Assembly: GCA_905331295.1 (NCBI GenBank) | Contig: CAJNYD010000236.1 | Location: forward strand, 1 to 64,000 | Length of the DNA stretch: 64,000 nt | Direction of reading: 5' to 3' | Source: Rotaria socialis | Lineage: Eukaryota | Made by a program: the position numbers and the translations under genes | The notes under the pieces: generated by a model | Told to the model about the DNA's origin: nothing | What the model saw: only the letters and a program-made list of their open reading frames with translations | The model's database searches: none | In this document: positions 12,701 through 26,200 of the stretch, in pieces | Numbering within the stretch: position 1 is the first letter of the stretch | Layout of the letters: each line of letters starts with the position of its first letter

Positions 12701-13950
12701 CCACTTCAAGATTTTAAAGAAATCGAAGTAAATTTAAGGGACCAAGCGCCATTTATTATCAGCAGAAGTTTTTACTACGCTTCTTTTACGTAGCTCCGAG
12801 AACAAGAGCTAGAGCTGAGTTTTTCGATGCCAACAGATATTTTTCAAGGATTCTGTTAAGTTTATAGGTCATCTCATTTTCTTAGGCCGATTCCGGAATA
12901 TATAATTCTGTTCTGGTAATAGCCCTATCATTTCTGACATAAATTCTTCAAATAACAGTCAATACAGTTAACTAATAGTACTCAAGGAGACTTTTTTAAT
13001 CGAATTTGGACAATTTTTTCAGTTTAAGCTGTGCGTTTGTGTGAAATTCGAAAATGACATCAAAGCGTATACAATGCAGAGTAGCGTGCCGCATTCACTA
13101 GACTTGGATATGTATATCCTAGTTGTTTTAGTATGAAATATCATCGTCATCGAAAGAAAAATTCTCATATTCTTCCGCACTGTTTTACACCATTCTATTG
13201 ATGAAGAAGGAAGAAGGTTACGTACCTTGAATTTGAAAAAGATTGACAATATCAAGATTTGAGTAAACTTTTCACACAATAAACAAAGTCCGACGGTCTA
13301 ATTCTGCATAGTAATCGACTTTTAAAAGCGTTACTGACTCTTGAGATAATAAACACTCCATTTTCACAAGTTGTCGACTTCTTTACTTAACAACGTCTAT
13401 TATTTCCGTCGTGCCAATACTACGATCTACGATATTCGTTTTTTTTGTACTTTTAGAAACTCTGCAGTTGATTTTACAACGAAAATTTGACTCAAAAAAT
13501 TGACTAGTGAATTATTATGATATTATATTCCATGTAAGATCTTCGCACCAGCGCTTTCAAACATCACTTACATTAGAATTATACGATCATAAGATTTCCA
13601 AAAAGTCTATATCTGTAACTGATTTTATCGGATTAGTCATGTCTCAGTGAATCACTTTTCAACATGATCAGTAACGAAGAAATTTCGCTTTTTACGAGAA
13701 ACTGTCTTAATAAAATCTTTGAGTCTTAACATAGCGTAAATGGTGAAAAATATAGATTCTTTTACTTTATTTTTAATCTTAAATAACCTTCCGTCTCAAT
13801 TATATTTGTTGATAACACAATCATACGGATAACATTTTGCTAATACAGTACATTTCAGATCATTAAATATTTGAAAAAGAAAGAAAGAAAACGAACGCCT
13901 CACATTCAACTAAAAGCATTTTGCATCAGTTATATTTGCTAAAACTTATC

Positions 13951-15234
13951 ATGCAATTCTCAAACTCCAGAATTAATCGAGGTAAACTTAAAACTAACAT
14001 TTTAAACATTCATACATATTTTAATATATCTTTAGCCTATCTTCTAGTATGCATTGGTATTGTTATGATATTTTGTATATCAATCACTAGTAAGGTTAAT
14101 CATGGTTCTTATTCAGGAATATTTTCAATCATAATCAATACGTATTCTGGCTCAATGAACAGTAGACAAAGAAATTCTTTTTTTCTTATTTTTTACTTTA
14201 AAACATTATCTTGATATTCTTTAGCAACAAATTTATTTGATAATTGTTCATGGGAATTCGATCATTATTCTCCTAGTGCATGGGAACACTTTTGGTATAA
14301 TAATATCACTTATTTACAAAATAAAGTCTGCTCAAAATTAAATGAATACGATCAACTGAATAAAAGCATTCGATCATTAGAATATATTAAAGATTTGCAA
14401 AAAAGAATTTTCAGTGGACCTCTTTTATCAAATAAATATGATGAACTTTTTTCTAAAATGTACTACCGATCAAAATGTTCAAATTCACAAAAATCTGATC
14501 GTCTTGTTTCACAATATATTGAACCATTGATTGGACTTCTTCGGGATCCCTTATCAATATGTTCTTATAGCAATATTCCTGCATCAGTTGCAGTCGCTGG
14601 ATATAATGCAGTGCAATCGAAACGTTTTTTTCTTCTTGGTCCATCAGCACCCTATGAAAATTTTCAAACATCAACACCATCAATCGCTCCATGGCTTCAT
14701 CAACCAGGTTCAAAAAAAGTTCTCTTTGATATTGGTTGTTCACTTTTCAACGGTGTAGATAATCCGGTAAAAGTTAGCTCAACCATAGGTACTCGCTGGT
14801 TTTATGAATATTTTGGTTTGAATTCATTAAGTTTTGATCGGATAGTTGCATTTGAAGCAATTCCGTATCCTCCAAAAAAATATTGGCAACAAATACCAGA
14901 TGATATTATTGGTATATTAACATTTATTAATATTGGTGTTGAAGTTACTGGTAAAACTAATCCATGGGGTATATTAAAATCAATAGCAAAACCCAATGAT
15001 TATGTAATTATTAAACTCGATATTGATACTGCACCATTGGAAAATGCACTTGTACAACAAATTCTTAATGATTCATCAATATCTTCACTCATTGATGAGA
15101 TGTTTTTTGAAATGCATGTTACAATTAATGAAATGAGACGTTTTTGGGGTACACCACCGGGTGAATTAAAAGATACTTATATACTTTTTACTAAACTAAG
15201 ACAATTAGGTATACGTATGCATTCATGGCCATAG
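13951..15234 (+). CDS. Membrane-anchored FkbM-like (class I SAM-dependent) methyltransferase, ~382 aa, 2 exons
   Basis: Exons 13951-14089 and 14225-15234 with a phase-1 GTAAGG...TAG intron. N-terminal hydrophobic anchor; motifs KKVLFDIGCS, IVAFEA, YVIIKLDIDT, LIDEMFFEMH. Confidence 0.75.
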
Positions 15235-15282
15235 AAAATTAATTTTTTATATTTATTAAAATTAAATAAAACGCTTTTGCTG

Positions 15283-17471
15283 TTAAAAAAGTTCTGATTG
15301 TTTTTGCAAACGACCTTTATTATCATGTGTTGCATCAGCAAAAAATGGATCACGTGCTCGCAAACTCCTAAGAATAGAAAAATCGATTTTCTTAACAGTA
15401 AATCTAACCAATGAATAAACATACCTGACTTGATATGAATCAAGATGATAACGTGTAACACGCTCATCACGAAAATTGTCTAGTGGATTCGCTGTTTTTG
15501 TATCTTGAGAGAAACCAGTGGCTCGTGGTTTTTGTACACCACCAACCACATAACCTTCACGATCACGTCCTTTAGCATTCATATCAAAATGACTGAAAAA
15601 AGAAAAAAAAAGAATAACATAAAATAAGGGTCTTTTGATTTTCTACTTCATTTGATAGGTTGTAATAAAGCGACGCGGATCATCGAATTGCTGATTAAAG
15701 CCATTATCATTTCGTGTTGTACCTGTAGTTTCTTTCGGTCCAATATTTAATTGACCCATTTTCTCTGGTAAAAATTGATTGCCAACATAACGTTGTCGAT
15801 ATTCACTAAAGATTATCAAATCAAATCTTGAAACATATCAATCATGAACTGCAAAATTATCTGATAGAGTTAATTTTTTCAGTTGTAGTAACCGCTCATA
15901 ATAATGCAAATAGAACTGAACAGAAAATTTTATTTTAAAAGACTTTTCGATAGTGAAGTTGTTTTTTTTCTCTTAAGGATACAGTTTCATAAAATAAATA
16001 GAACTCTCTAATAAATAAAACTCTGTAAAGTGCTCTAAAATTTTCCTGAACTGTCAAACATCAATCGTATGGTAGGCATAAACATCAGCTTTCTACATGA
16101 AATAGTACTAGAAAAATGAATGTAACGTTCTTATAGGATGAATTGATATCGATGGAAAAAAATAGAAGTTTCTAAAGAATTATATAAAAACAGATTCTTA
16201 CGTCGAATCAGGACCGAATGAACCGCCAGCATAAGGACCGTCACCTGTGGGTAATACAAAATTATTAATCACACGATCAGATGATATTTTTGTATTTGTA
16301 TCAATGACAGTAAGTAATGGATCATCACCCTGTGAAGCAAAATCTGTGTGGAAATCGAAGATAATATATAGATTTTACTTTTGGATAATCATATTGTGGA
16401 AATCTATCTTTATATTCACTAGAACCAGTTGGTCTCGTATGATAATGCCATCGTTCACCTGTTGTTGCTGTTAAAGGTTCAATTTCAGTATTGGCAACAA
16501 ATCCAGAAGTTTCTTTTGGGCCCACTTGTCCCACAGTAACTGGCTCTAATTGAGCTGGCTTAGCAAAATTACTGCCATACGTTGTTGCTTCTTTTCCGCC
16601 GATCTAAGCATATAAATTTGTTTTTAAATTTATGAACAAAATAATTAATTCAAAAATTTTATTTTACTGGAGGAACAGATGAATTAGGATTGTGTACAAT
16701 ATGTTCACGAAAAAAACCTGATGTTTGATTGCTTGTATTGGGTGGCATCGATTCTGTACCGTCTGGTAATTCGTAGGGTTGATAATGTGCTTGATGAGAT
16801 GTTTGATAATTTTTTGTACACATACGGCTAAAATACGAATTAAGAAAATTTTCAAATTGATATTTTGATACTATAAATTTCTCTCAACAAGTTGTTTTTA
16901 AATATTTGCGACTGAGAGTAAAACTCAATAATTTGAAATCAGCCTCAAAATAAAAATATTGAAATAATCTTTTAATATTTCACGATTTATAGAATCATAT
17001 TTTCGAATGTGCATCGTTTCAGAAAATATTCATCTGGCTGGCTTTTTATTATTCGATACAGCAATGAAAATCATTTTTTCTCTCGATACTGTAGTATGAG
17101 TTGAGAAATGAATAAGATCATCTATCTTCCAAACTATAAACCATTTTGCATAATCTTTAAAAGTACCCTAATGTTGGATTGTCGAGTTCATCAATCGAAC
17201 GTGTGTAGGGCAAATAATATCTTTCATTATCAACGAAACCAGTTTTTTTATTTTCATCTGTAAGTTTTTGTGTAGAAAGACTTTCTGTTGTTAATGATTT
17301 ATCGCCAAGTATATTCGCTTTTGGTTTTACACGCGGTGGCCGATAAGTACTTGAATTTTGTGTTACATAAAAATTCATTAAATAACTATCTGCACCTTCA
17401 CTTGCCAATACATGTTGATTGGGATGACCAGCAGAAATATATTGACCTGAATTAGGACATAAATAATCCAT
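15283..17471 (-). CDS. PPP1R32: PPP1R32/SAXO4-like ciliary microtubule inner protein, ~6 coding exons
   Basis: N-terminus MNFYVTQNSSTY...TGFVDNERYYLPYTRSIDELDNP resembles PPP1R32 as recalled. Repeated (T/S)GF motifs (TSGFVAN, ATGFSQD). GT-AG introns link ORFs 17157, 16325 and 15283. Confidence 0.7.
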
Positions 17472-17733
17472 TTATCTGTAACAAATCAGTATAAGACCAT
17501 AAAAAAAAATACTGTTTAATCTTTTGTAGTTACATTGGTAATGTCGACTGCTTAGCAACGATATTCATCATATAGAAAAGGTAAAAATTTACTTAGCATA
17601 TTAATGCATTAGATGACAGCTGATTGAGAACCAATAGGAAACTTCTTTAAGATAGATGAGAGCAAAGGATGGCTAATCAGTTTTTTTTAGGAGGTTTGAT
17701 GGTAAATTTTTGTTTTATTGATTTTGATTGATT

Positions 17734-19142
17734 ATGCCACCGATACAACCGCCAGTGTTAAATAGTAGCTCAGATGTTTTAAGTGATATAACACCAAATT
17801 ATAAGGTTTGGAATCAGTTCCATTGTTTTATATTAAATTTAAATAGTCAATTATTCTTATTCAGCATTTAATTCATTTTTCAAGACCCGATGTTCTTGCT
17901 GAGCCAAATTATCGACCATTATCACGTACGTTTTTATTTTAATCATGAAGTAATTCATTTCTTTTTTTAATTTCTAATTTTTAGTAACATTTATTGAATA
18001 TCTTGATGGTAAATATAATTAAATTATAAATTATAAAATAATTTATCTTCTGATAAATTAGGTGATAAACTTGGCTTCATTTTGGCATGGTTTTCAATGT
18101 TACCATTTATTTATATTGTTGCCTTATGTACATTAATTATATTTCGACGTGATATACAAACGGTAAAAATCTTTTTCTTTATACTTTTGTTTTTCTATAT
18201 TAATTTCTGCATAAAAATAGATAATGTATTTCGGTGGTTTTGTTATATCTGGTATAATTAATCATTATCTTAAAATAACTTTTAAACAACAGCGACCAGA
18301 AAGAAGTAAGCATTTAAATATGATTCATGATATTTTTGAAATATTCTATCAAATGAAACTTTAATGATATATATATTTAAAAAAACTCGATTTGATTTAT
18401 GAAAAATATAAGATATGATTATTATAATGTCAGAGGAAATTTTCCTTATTTTTATTGAAATGTTTTTTATTTTAGCTCGTCATCGAATGGATTTTTACGA
18501 TGTATATGGTATGCCAAGTGGTCATGCTCAAAGTTTTTTCTATTTTATGACATATTTATCCATTTTTCTTTTTCTTAAGTAGCTATATCATGATTTATTT
18601 CTTTTCAATGTATCAATTCTCTTGTTTCTTTTATTTTCAATTAGATCGCAAGGCTCTAGTACAACTTATATACGCTCAATACGTAATCGTTGTTTGCTTC
18701 TAGTGCAACCTATTGCTGCTATTCTAGTTGCTTATAGCCGGTATCAATAAATTATTTAAATCGATGTAGAAATCATGTTTAAAAAATAAAATATCTTTAG
18801 AGTTTATCTTTATTATCATACAATTGCACAAGTTGTTGTCGGTAGTTTTATTGGTACAATATTAGGTGGTCTTTGGTATTATTTTATTAATTATCAATTT
18901 ATAAAATATGTTTCATTTATAATTGATCAACCATTAGCAAAATATTTTCTTATTCGTGATTATTCATCAATACCAAATATTATTCAGTTTCAATATGATA
19001 GTGAATGTGCAGAAGCGAAGTATGAAAATATATTGCTCTGATAGAAAATCATTCGTTTTCTTTCTTGTTTTTTATTAGACGGTGTCGAGCAAGATATGTG
19101 AATTCTTCCAGGGACTCAATTATGTTAACAAATATACCATAA
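17734..19142 (+). CDS. DOLPP1: Dolichyldiphosphatase 1 (PAP2 family), multi-exon
   Basis: Spliced translation gives RPLSLTFIEY, IIFRRD, KQQRP, YGMPSGHAQ, YSRVYLYYHTIAQV and FLIRDYSSIPNIIQFQY, i.e. the three PAP2 motifs. Confidence 0.92.
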
Positions 19143-20180
19143 GCGAGGATAGAAGTATCTCAATTATTTTAAGTTTATATTTTCTTTTTTGTAATTTTCT
19201 ATTTTAAATGAAAGATACAAGAAACGAAAAGAAAACAATGTTTTTATCTAGTTGAATAAAATTTTATGAAATATAAAAGATAGTAAGGCGAGCGAATCGG
19301 TTGTCCACAATTTATCAATAGAGAAATTAAATTCATACGATACACTTTGATGAATACTTTCTCACGCTTATCCGTTTGATGTCTATGTTTTCTAAAACAT
19401 TCTAGCTTTAGGAAGTAAGCTCTATTATTTCTCATTATGAGTTTATCGAATTCATCAACTTGATTTTATGTAGAATACAGGTAGACAACTTCATCAACTT
19501 TTTCTCATGTATCTTGTTGTTTTAGATTATAATCATTACTGTATCGCAATTGTTTATTTAATTAATCATTTGTGAGTTGCATTTTAATTAGGTATTTTGT
19601 GAATTGTATTTCAAGACTATGAATAAATGGTGCAAATAGATAAGATAAAATTTTAATATTACATCAGGGCCCGTTTTACACTGAATTGTGTTTTCGATGA
19701 CTAAGTTCTATTTATCACAATAGCTAACAGATGATATTGGCAAGTTCACGAAAGACAATGATTAATCAAACAGACGTCTAATGTATACCTAGAGATCTAT
19801 TGTCTTGATTCTGTAGTCAGCATTAATTTTTTTTTAAATTATGATGATCGAACATTATTCATGGAATGATACTACGGTTTTGAACAGTGTCTACTTGCAA
19901 TTCATCAATCGTAATAGTCAGCTAACAATGCGTTACGGCATACGTCGTATTTCGCATCATTTTAACCTTTAAGAACTTATGAATAACATCTTTACACTAT
20001 TCTGATAAGTGAAACCTGACCACCAACAATAAACTGTAGTTTTAATCTTACCGGTTTAATGTAGACACTCGAGTTCTTCTTATCTATCAACTATTTCTTC
20101 TTAATAACAAAATAAAAACAAAATCTAATTTAAAAAATTTTTGAATACCATTTATAAATATTTTGCATATTATTATAGAT

Positions 20181-20528
20181 ATGGCAACGAAATCAGCTCT
20201 TTCAGTTTATAAAGGATTATTACGTGAATTATCTATAAATAATTCCAAATTTTCATATCGATCATTACCAGTATATTTAAAAATAAAAGATGAGTATCGT
20301 CGCCATCGTCCAATAACAGCAAAACATTGCAAGCCTAATGATGAAATCTTATTTGTTGCAAGTACTTATTTGTCGTATTTGGAAAGTGCACGTAAACGAA
20401 AAATAATTCAATCAATCTATTCAAAAGGTGAAAGATCTGTTCAACAAGCAGCAAATATTGTTGGTTTAGCACTACCAGAAATAATCGATCGGCCATATTT
20501 ACCAATTGATCAACGATCCCAACAATAG
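20181..20528 (+). CDS. FMC1: FMC1 (C7orf55) mitochondrial ATP synthase assembly factor, LYR-like, intronless CDS
   Basis: VYKGLLREL, ASTYLSYLES, KGERSVQQAANIVGLALP. Confidence 0.88.
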   Translation: MATKSALSVYKGLLRELSINNSKFSYRSLPVYLKIKDEYRRHRPITAKHCKPNDEILFVASTYLSYLESARKRKIIQSIYSKGERSVQQAANIVGLALPEIIDRPYLPIDQRSQQ

Positions 20529-20615
20529 ACTATTGATCTATTCTCATTTCCTGTTTTTTGTTTTTTGTTTTTCGGCTGTTTTCCCTTTAGTTTTCTCACT
20601 TGTTTGTTTTTTCAG

Positions 20616-22091
20616 ATGAATCTATGTGATGCAAAACAAAAATCTTTTGCACAACGTGTTTATTTTGATCTCAAAATTTGTGAGTATTGATTTAGATGTC
20701 CTTATGATAGTCTGAAGTAAAGAAAATCAATCGTTTTCTCTAATTTTTGCTGCAGGTCGTAAATGGTCAAAACTTAATACTTATTTTGATGAAATTAATA
20801 AATGGATATTTTTTGTTGGTAAACCATCTGATAATGAATCATGGACATTTGTTTTACCTATATCAAGTGATGAAGAATTGAGTGTTGATGATTTATTTAA
20901 TCTAAGAACAAAATTATCGTCGTCATTACCATCAAATATTAATGAAAATATTTCAAGGTTGAAAAAGTTTTCAGATTTTCTTTATGACTTTACAAGACTT
21001 CTACATGTTTATGATCAATCTGTGTAGTAGACATTATCTTTTAGGGCATAGTTCAATAAAATAATCAAAGATAAAAAAATATGAATCAATAATCAATACG
21101 TCTCATCCATGATAATAGTACGATAATGATGTTGATTCAACTTTTTTTCTGTCACTATTAAGAAAACTTTACTATCGAGTAAAATGTTTCCTTCAAAAAA
21201 AAACTTAGATCTTCCGTGATAATCATGTATAGAAATATTTAAACTGGGCTTGAGTTTTTCAATTACACATTTTCTTCAAAACAAGTTTCCTGTTTTTTTG
21301 AAGCTGAAAATCAAAGAGATCGACTCATAATTTGCAATTGGTAATATATACGACCGGTAGATACTCTTACTAAACAACTGAAATGTTTATCTTAAGAAAA
21401 CAATATTTAAACAAAATTATGACTAAACTCTCTGTTAAATATAAATGTTATTTTCATTTATAAAAGAACGATATATACATATCATATTTTGATACTGAAT
21501 TAAAAGATAAAATGCTTGAAAAAAAATTCGATATGAGTCGGTTCAACGAAGTTACGAGAAAATCAGCAGTTCTCTTGTTTTTGTTAATGCTTGCAACCTT
21601 AAGTTTAACTTTTAAAGTGTAGATCATAAATATAAGCCTCGAGATTTTGCTATGAAACACTGATGCATACTCATGTTCTTATATAATCTCATTTGATAAC
21701 GATTAGCTTCTTGAATCAATATAAGAAATATTTATATTCACTTCCGATTAAGCAGTTTTTGTGTGTTAAATTTAAATTTCACCTAGAACTAAAATATCTG
21801 ATAGAGAGAAACAAAACATTCATGAATCTTTATATATATATATATATATATTTCCGTTCGCTATTCTTTAGTGTGCTGATGGCTATTATTGCAAATGATT
21901 TCACATTAGGTTATTTCAATTTTTCATTTGGTCTACCGTCACCATCAACATCGTCGAACATCATAGCACAAACAGAGATCTCAAATAACCAAATAGTATC
22001 TACGAGTGATAATCATTTTGAAAATGAAATAAAAACAGAAACAGTCAATAATGAATGGCCTACAACTGATACAGATGCTACTTGGGACTAA
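20616..22091 (+). CDS. TSEN15: tRNA-splicing endonuclease subunit Sen15, 3 exons
   Basis: Exons 20616-20679, 20756-20957 and 21872-22091 join in frame: AQRVYFDLKICRKW...FVLPISSDEELS...VLMAIIANDFTLGYFNFSFGLPSP, matching the Sen15 pattern (VYLDL..W, VVP, LAIV..DSTIVYY....G). Confidence 0.8.
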
Positions 22092-22248
22092 TAAGTCTCA
22101 ATAAAAATCGATTCAAAAATGTATTCTAAATGAATTTGTTTATTCCAGATATGAAACATTATTATATGTCTTCAATGAGCAACAAATCTATTAGAATGAC
22201 ACAAATAGGTATGAATATTCTTTGTTTTCTTTCTTGTCTTTTTGATCT

Positions 22249-23230
22249 TTACAAATGTTCTCCGTCTCCAGTTTCTTCTTTAAATGAATATTCTTGTTCA
22301 TCACTATCATCATAATCATAATCATTATCACTCAATTCATATTCATCATTGAATATATCACCTGTATTATAGAGTATTGCTTTTGGTATAATATTTTCAC
22401 GTATATAATGACCGATTTGAAAGTCAGCAGCCAATTTCCAATCATCTGTATTTGTTGGTGTTGTAAAAAAATCAAAAAACGACGATTGGGATTCACCCGT
22501 TTGACTACTTTTTGTTACATTTATTAATGTATCGATCCAATCGATTTGACATCCTATCGAACGTATGATAGCTGCACCTTCGTAGAAAAGTAAATCATCG
22601 TCAGGGTCTATCTGTAATTCATAGAATTTTGTTAAAATTTTATTATGAAAAAATTGTTTTGATTTTTCATTAAAATGAAATTCAAGTGTAAAACCAGTGG
22701 TAGGTTGCATATGTAATTGAAGTTTAATATCTGAAAGACATTTAAGTATTGGTTCATCCCAATCTTCAATCATATCAGCAATCATAGGAACCTTAAGTAA
22801 ATCATAGATCGAGACATATTCAATTTATTTCTTATCATACTTGTTTAAGTGTATGTAACCAAAATGATGGGATACCTAATGTGTCGTCAGAAAATGATTG
22901 TCTTTCGATAATTTCAATAGAATCAGTTTTTAATTGACATTCATCACCAGTTGGTTCATATTTACCATTGATTATATTTGAACGTTTTTCAAATAAATAT
23001 GAACATTGTTGATGAAATTTATATTCGAGTTCATTAAGAGATTTTAAATAACGACTTTCTAATTGATTATAAGATATTTGTAAATTTTTTAGTACATTTA
23101 TATGGTCATTGTCTACGTTGAAAAGGTTATGTTTATTGGGAGACGATAGAGATTCTTTTTGATCACTACGATCTAAAGATAATGATGATTCAGTTGATGT
23201 TGTAATAATTTCTTCACTAGAATCTGACAT
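22249..23230 (-). CDS. NAP1: Nucleosome assembly protein 1-like, 2 exons
   Basis: LFEKRSNIING, GIPSFWL, DEPILKCLSDI, GFTLEFHF, GCQIDW, SFFDFF and an acidic tail. 49-nt intron at 22792-22840. Confidence 0.92.
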
Positions 23231-26200
23231 GGTTACAATTCAACAAGGAAAATAAGTGAAGATAAAACGAGATAAAAATGCGCGACTTAGAAATTGATTG
23301 ATTCCATTGAACTCTTTAGAGATGAAGTTTTCCCTTAATGTTAATTTGGTTTTTTCAAAAAATAAAGTATCAATATAAATGAAAGATAACATAATAGTGA
23401 TCATCTGTTTCAATCTATTATTCCATACATATGTATGAACATAATGGGCACTACGGAGGTCTATATGTTATGTTCCTCAGAGAGCAATGTTATTCGTATG
23501 CTTTATTTAATGAGAACAAGACTTTGTTTAACATTCACCAGCAGAATTAATCTAAATCAGTGCTATTTGTAATTGTTATTCGAACAAATCATTTGTTTAT
23601 CTCATTTGTCGTGTATTCTTAGATCTCACTGTTGTTGTTAGTTATATTTATGCAATCAGAACAAGCTCATTACAATGTCTATCCTCTCTCTCTCTCTCTA
23701 TATATATATATATGTGTGTGTTCAACATAATATGGTTCGATGCCCTTTACTAGATTGATTTTATGGTTCAATGAAAATAATTTACAAATAGAAAATCGAC
23801 TATGATTAGATATTTTAATATCATCAATAAAATAACTTCATTAAGTTTTATTTTATTATTATGGTATTATGCAAGATAGATATGCTAGACAAAAAAAAAG
23901 AAACCGCAACTTTTTATGTTCATTATTTTTATGATTAAACATACTACTCGTAAGATATGAAAAAGAAGAAGCTTGCGAACAATAGATTGATTATCCAATA
24001 GTTTTTATTTGTCTTTGTAAGGTCCTGCATCCGATATGAATTTCCGCGTTTTAGTACGAGATTTTTCAATGTTTCACATTCATTAAAAAGCATGAAACTA
24101 AAATTTAATTGAGCATTTTAATATAGTTTGTAAAGATATTTATCTTATGTGTCAGCTCATGTCATCTATCAATAGAGAGCTTGCTGGTGGTTTGCTTTTT
24201 TAATGGTAAATTCTTTTTTTTGTTATACTCCCCATGTGTATCAGTGATGGTTTGATAGGGAAGTGATATCGTGAGGCGGTGATGGTGGTGAAGAGAAAGA
24301 GAAAGAGAAAGAGAGAAGAAAATAGCGACGACGAAGAATAGACAGGCGAGAGAAGGAGATAGAGAAATAGCAATGCACGCCATCACCTTTTTGGGCATTA
24401 ATATATGTACGTGTGGGATATCTGCCGTCTTTTTTCTTTTTTTCTCTATCTTCTTCGTTTGTTGTCATTGTTTGTTCTGTTCTTCGCCATCATCACACCA
24501 CCATTCTACATAACTAGTGTATATTTTTCTTTACCTACATCTATGACAATGTTTCGGTTCACAACGTTGGCTTTTTAAACAATAGTTAAGTATCTTTTCT
24601 TTTGTTTCTGTGCAAAAGCTATGCGGTATACAAAGGCTTACAGAAAACGATGCGCGTTAATGTCAACACTTTTCCAATGTGTAATTATAAAGCGATAATC
24701 ATTGTCATTATAATCATTTGATCCATTCATGTAGAAATCCGCCTGTGCAAAGACAGAAAGATAAGGACTAAAAAAAATAACCTATTTTAAGTTTGCTTAA
24801 TAGCATACTCAACAGGCGAGAAACTTAATTAGAGAGAGAGAAAGTCATGTGTCTAGGCAAATGAACAACTCGAATTTATTCCATCATTTTCTGATAAGGC
24901 ATCATTGAATATGAAATATATATATATATATATTCATGTCTATCTAAATGTACATATCCATAGATATGCATATGCATGTAGTATAGATCGTTTGTTTTGT
25001 TGACACATTTCATCAAGAAAATACAGAAAGAAAGTGAGGGTGAAAAGAAACCTTTGCTGCATGTGCACATCCGGTTGTTGCACAATCTTATTTTGCCTAT
25101 GCTAATATACCAGTAAAAGATTGATGATCGTTGACATTTGCTTGTCACAGGAAAAATGTGCAATAATAATGACGACTTGCTGTTATCTTTCTGGATGTAA
25201 TCAACAGATTTAAGAGTAGTCTAGAATACATATAAGGATGACTTGTCTTGACGAGTCTCTATTGATTACGTTTCACTTTATTTTTGCTAATCCTCATTTT
25301 ATTTTATAATACTTAGGCGTTTTAAAAGTTATGTTGTCTTTCTTTTGTTCAAGTTTTATTTTTACTCAATTTGAATAGAACAGGAAGTTATTAGTATTCT
25401 TTTTTTTAATTTAAGTGAGCATATCTATATCTATTTATATAGATACAGATGTGTATACGCATCGTATATGAAATACGAAAAACGTCATCGTTATTTTTTT
25501 ATGTAGGGTGCCTTGTTGTAAAAAAAAGAGAAAGAATAATTGCGCTCTCGTGTGCCCTTGAAAACAACACGACGACAACGATACAACATTACAATGATGA
25601 TGATGGCGATGATAATGATTAAAACACATGCGGTTGTCATAAAGAAGTAACAAAATGTGAATGGAAAAATGTATTTATTTGATTGTATACATATCTTCAA
25701 TCAAATAATTTGTACATTAGATTCGTTTATATGTTCATCTAAGTGATTGTGTATTCACGTTGTTTGTTACTTTCCTCTATGGTACACACTTAAAGAACAT
25801 ATGTGACCAAGACCTATCATCAATAAACAATCGTAACAAAAGAGGCGATTGACTACAGCTGTAGTTGATCGCCTCAGTTCTTGTTCGTGCTTTTGTTGTT
25901 GTTGTTGTTGTTGTCGTTGTCGTCATGTGCCAGTAGTGCATAGGCTAGATTGTCGGCAGATCAAAAGTATCGATTAACTAGAAAAGAAACGATGAAAATT
26001 GAGAAAATACTGATTAGAAACCGATGAGATGCTTTTTTTTGTTTTTCTTTGTCGATGGTTATATTCTCTAGCTAGCTATATATGCTATCATATGTCTATA
26101 AAATATTAATGTTTAGTATCAAATCATTTCAATTTCTGCCTTGTTTATTTGATATATTGAAACGATTCAAGGGTTTTCATTCATATATTGTCAAGAGTAT

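Noticed and set aside
10000..13900. Short ORFs downstream of the LINE
   Set aside because: No recognisable motifs or splice-consistent models; probably decayed repeats.
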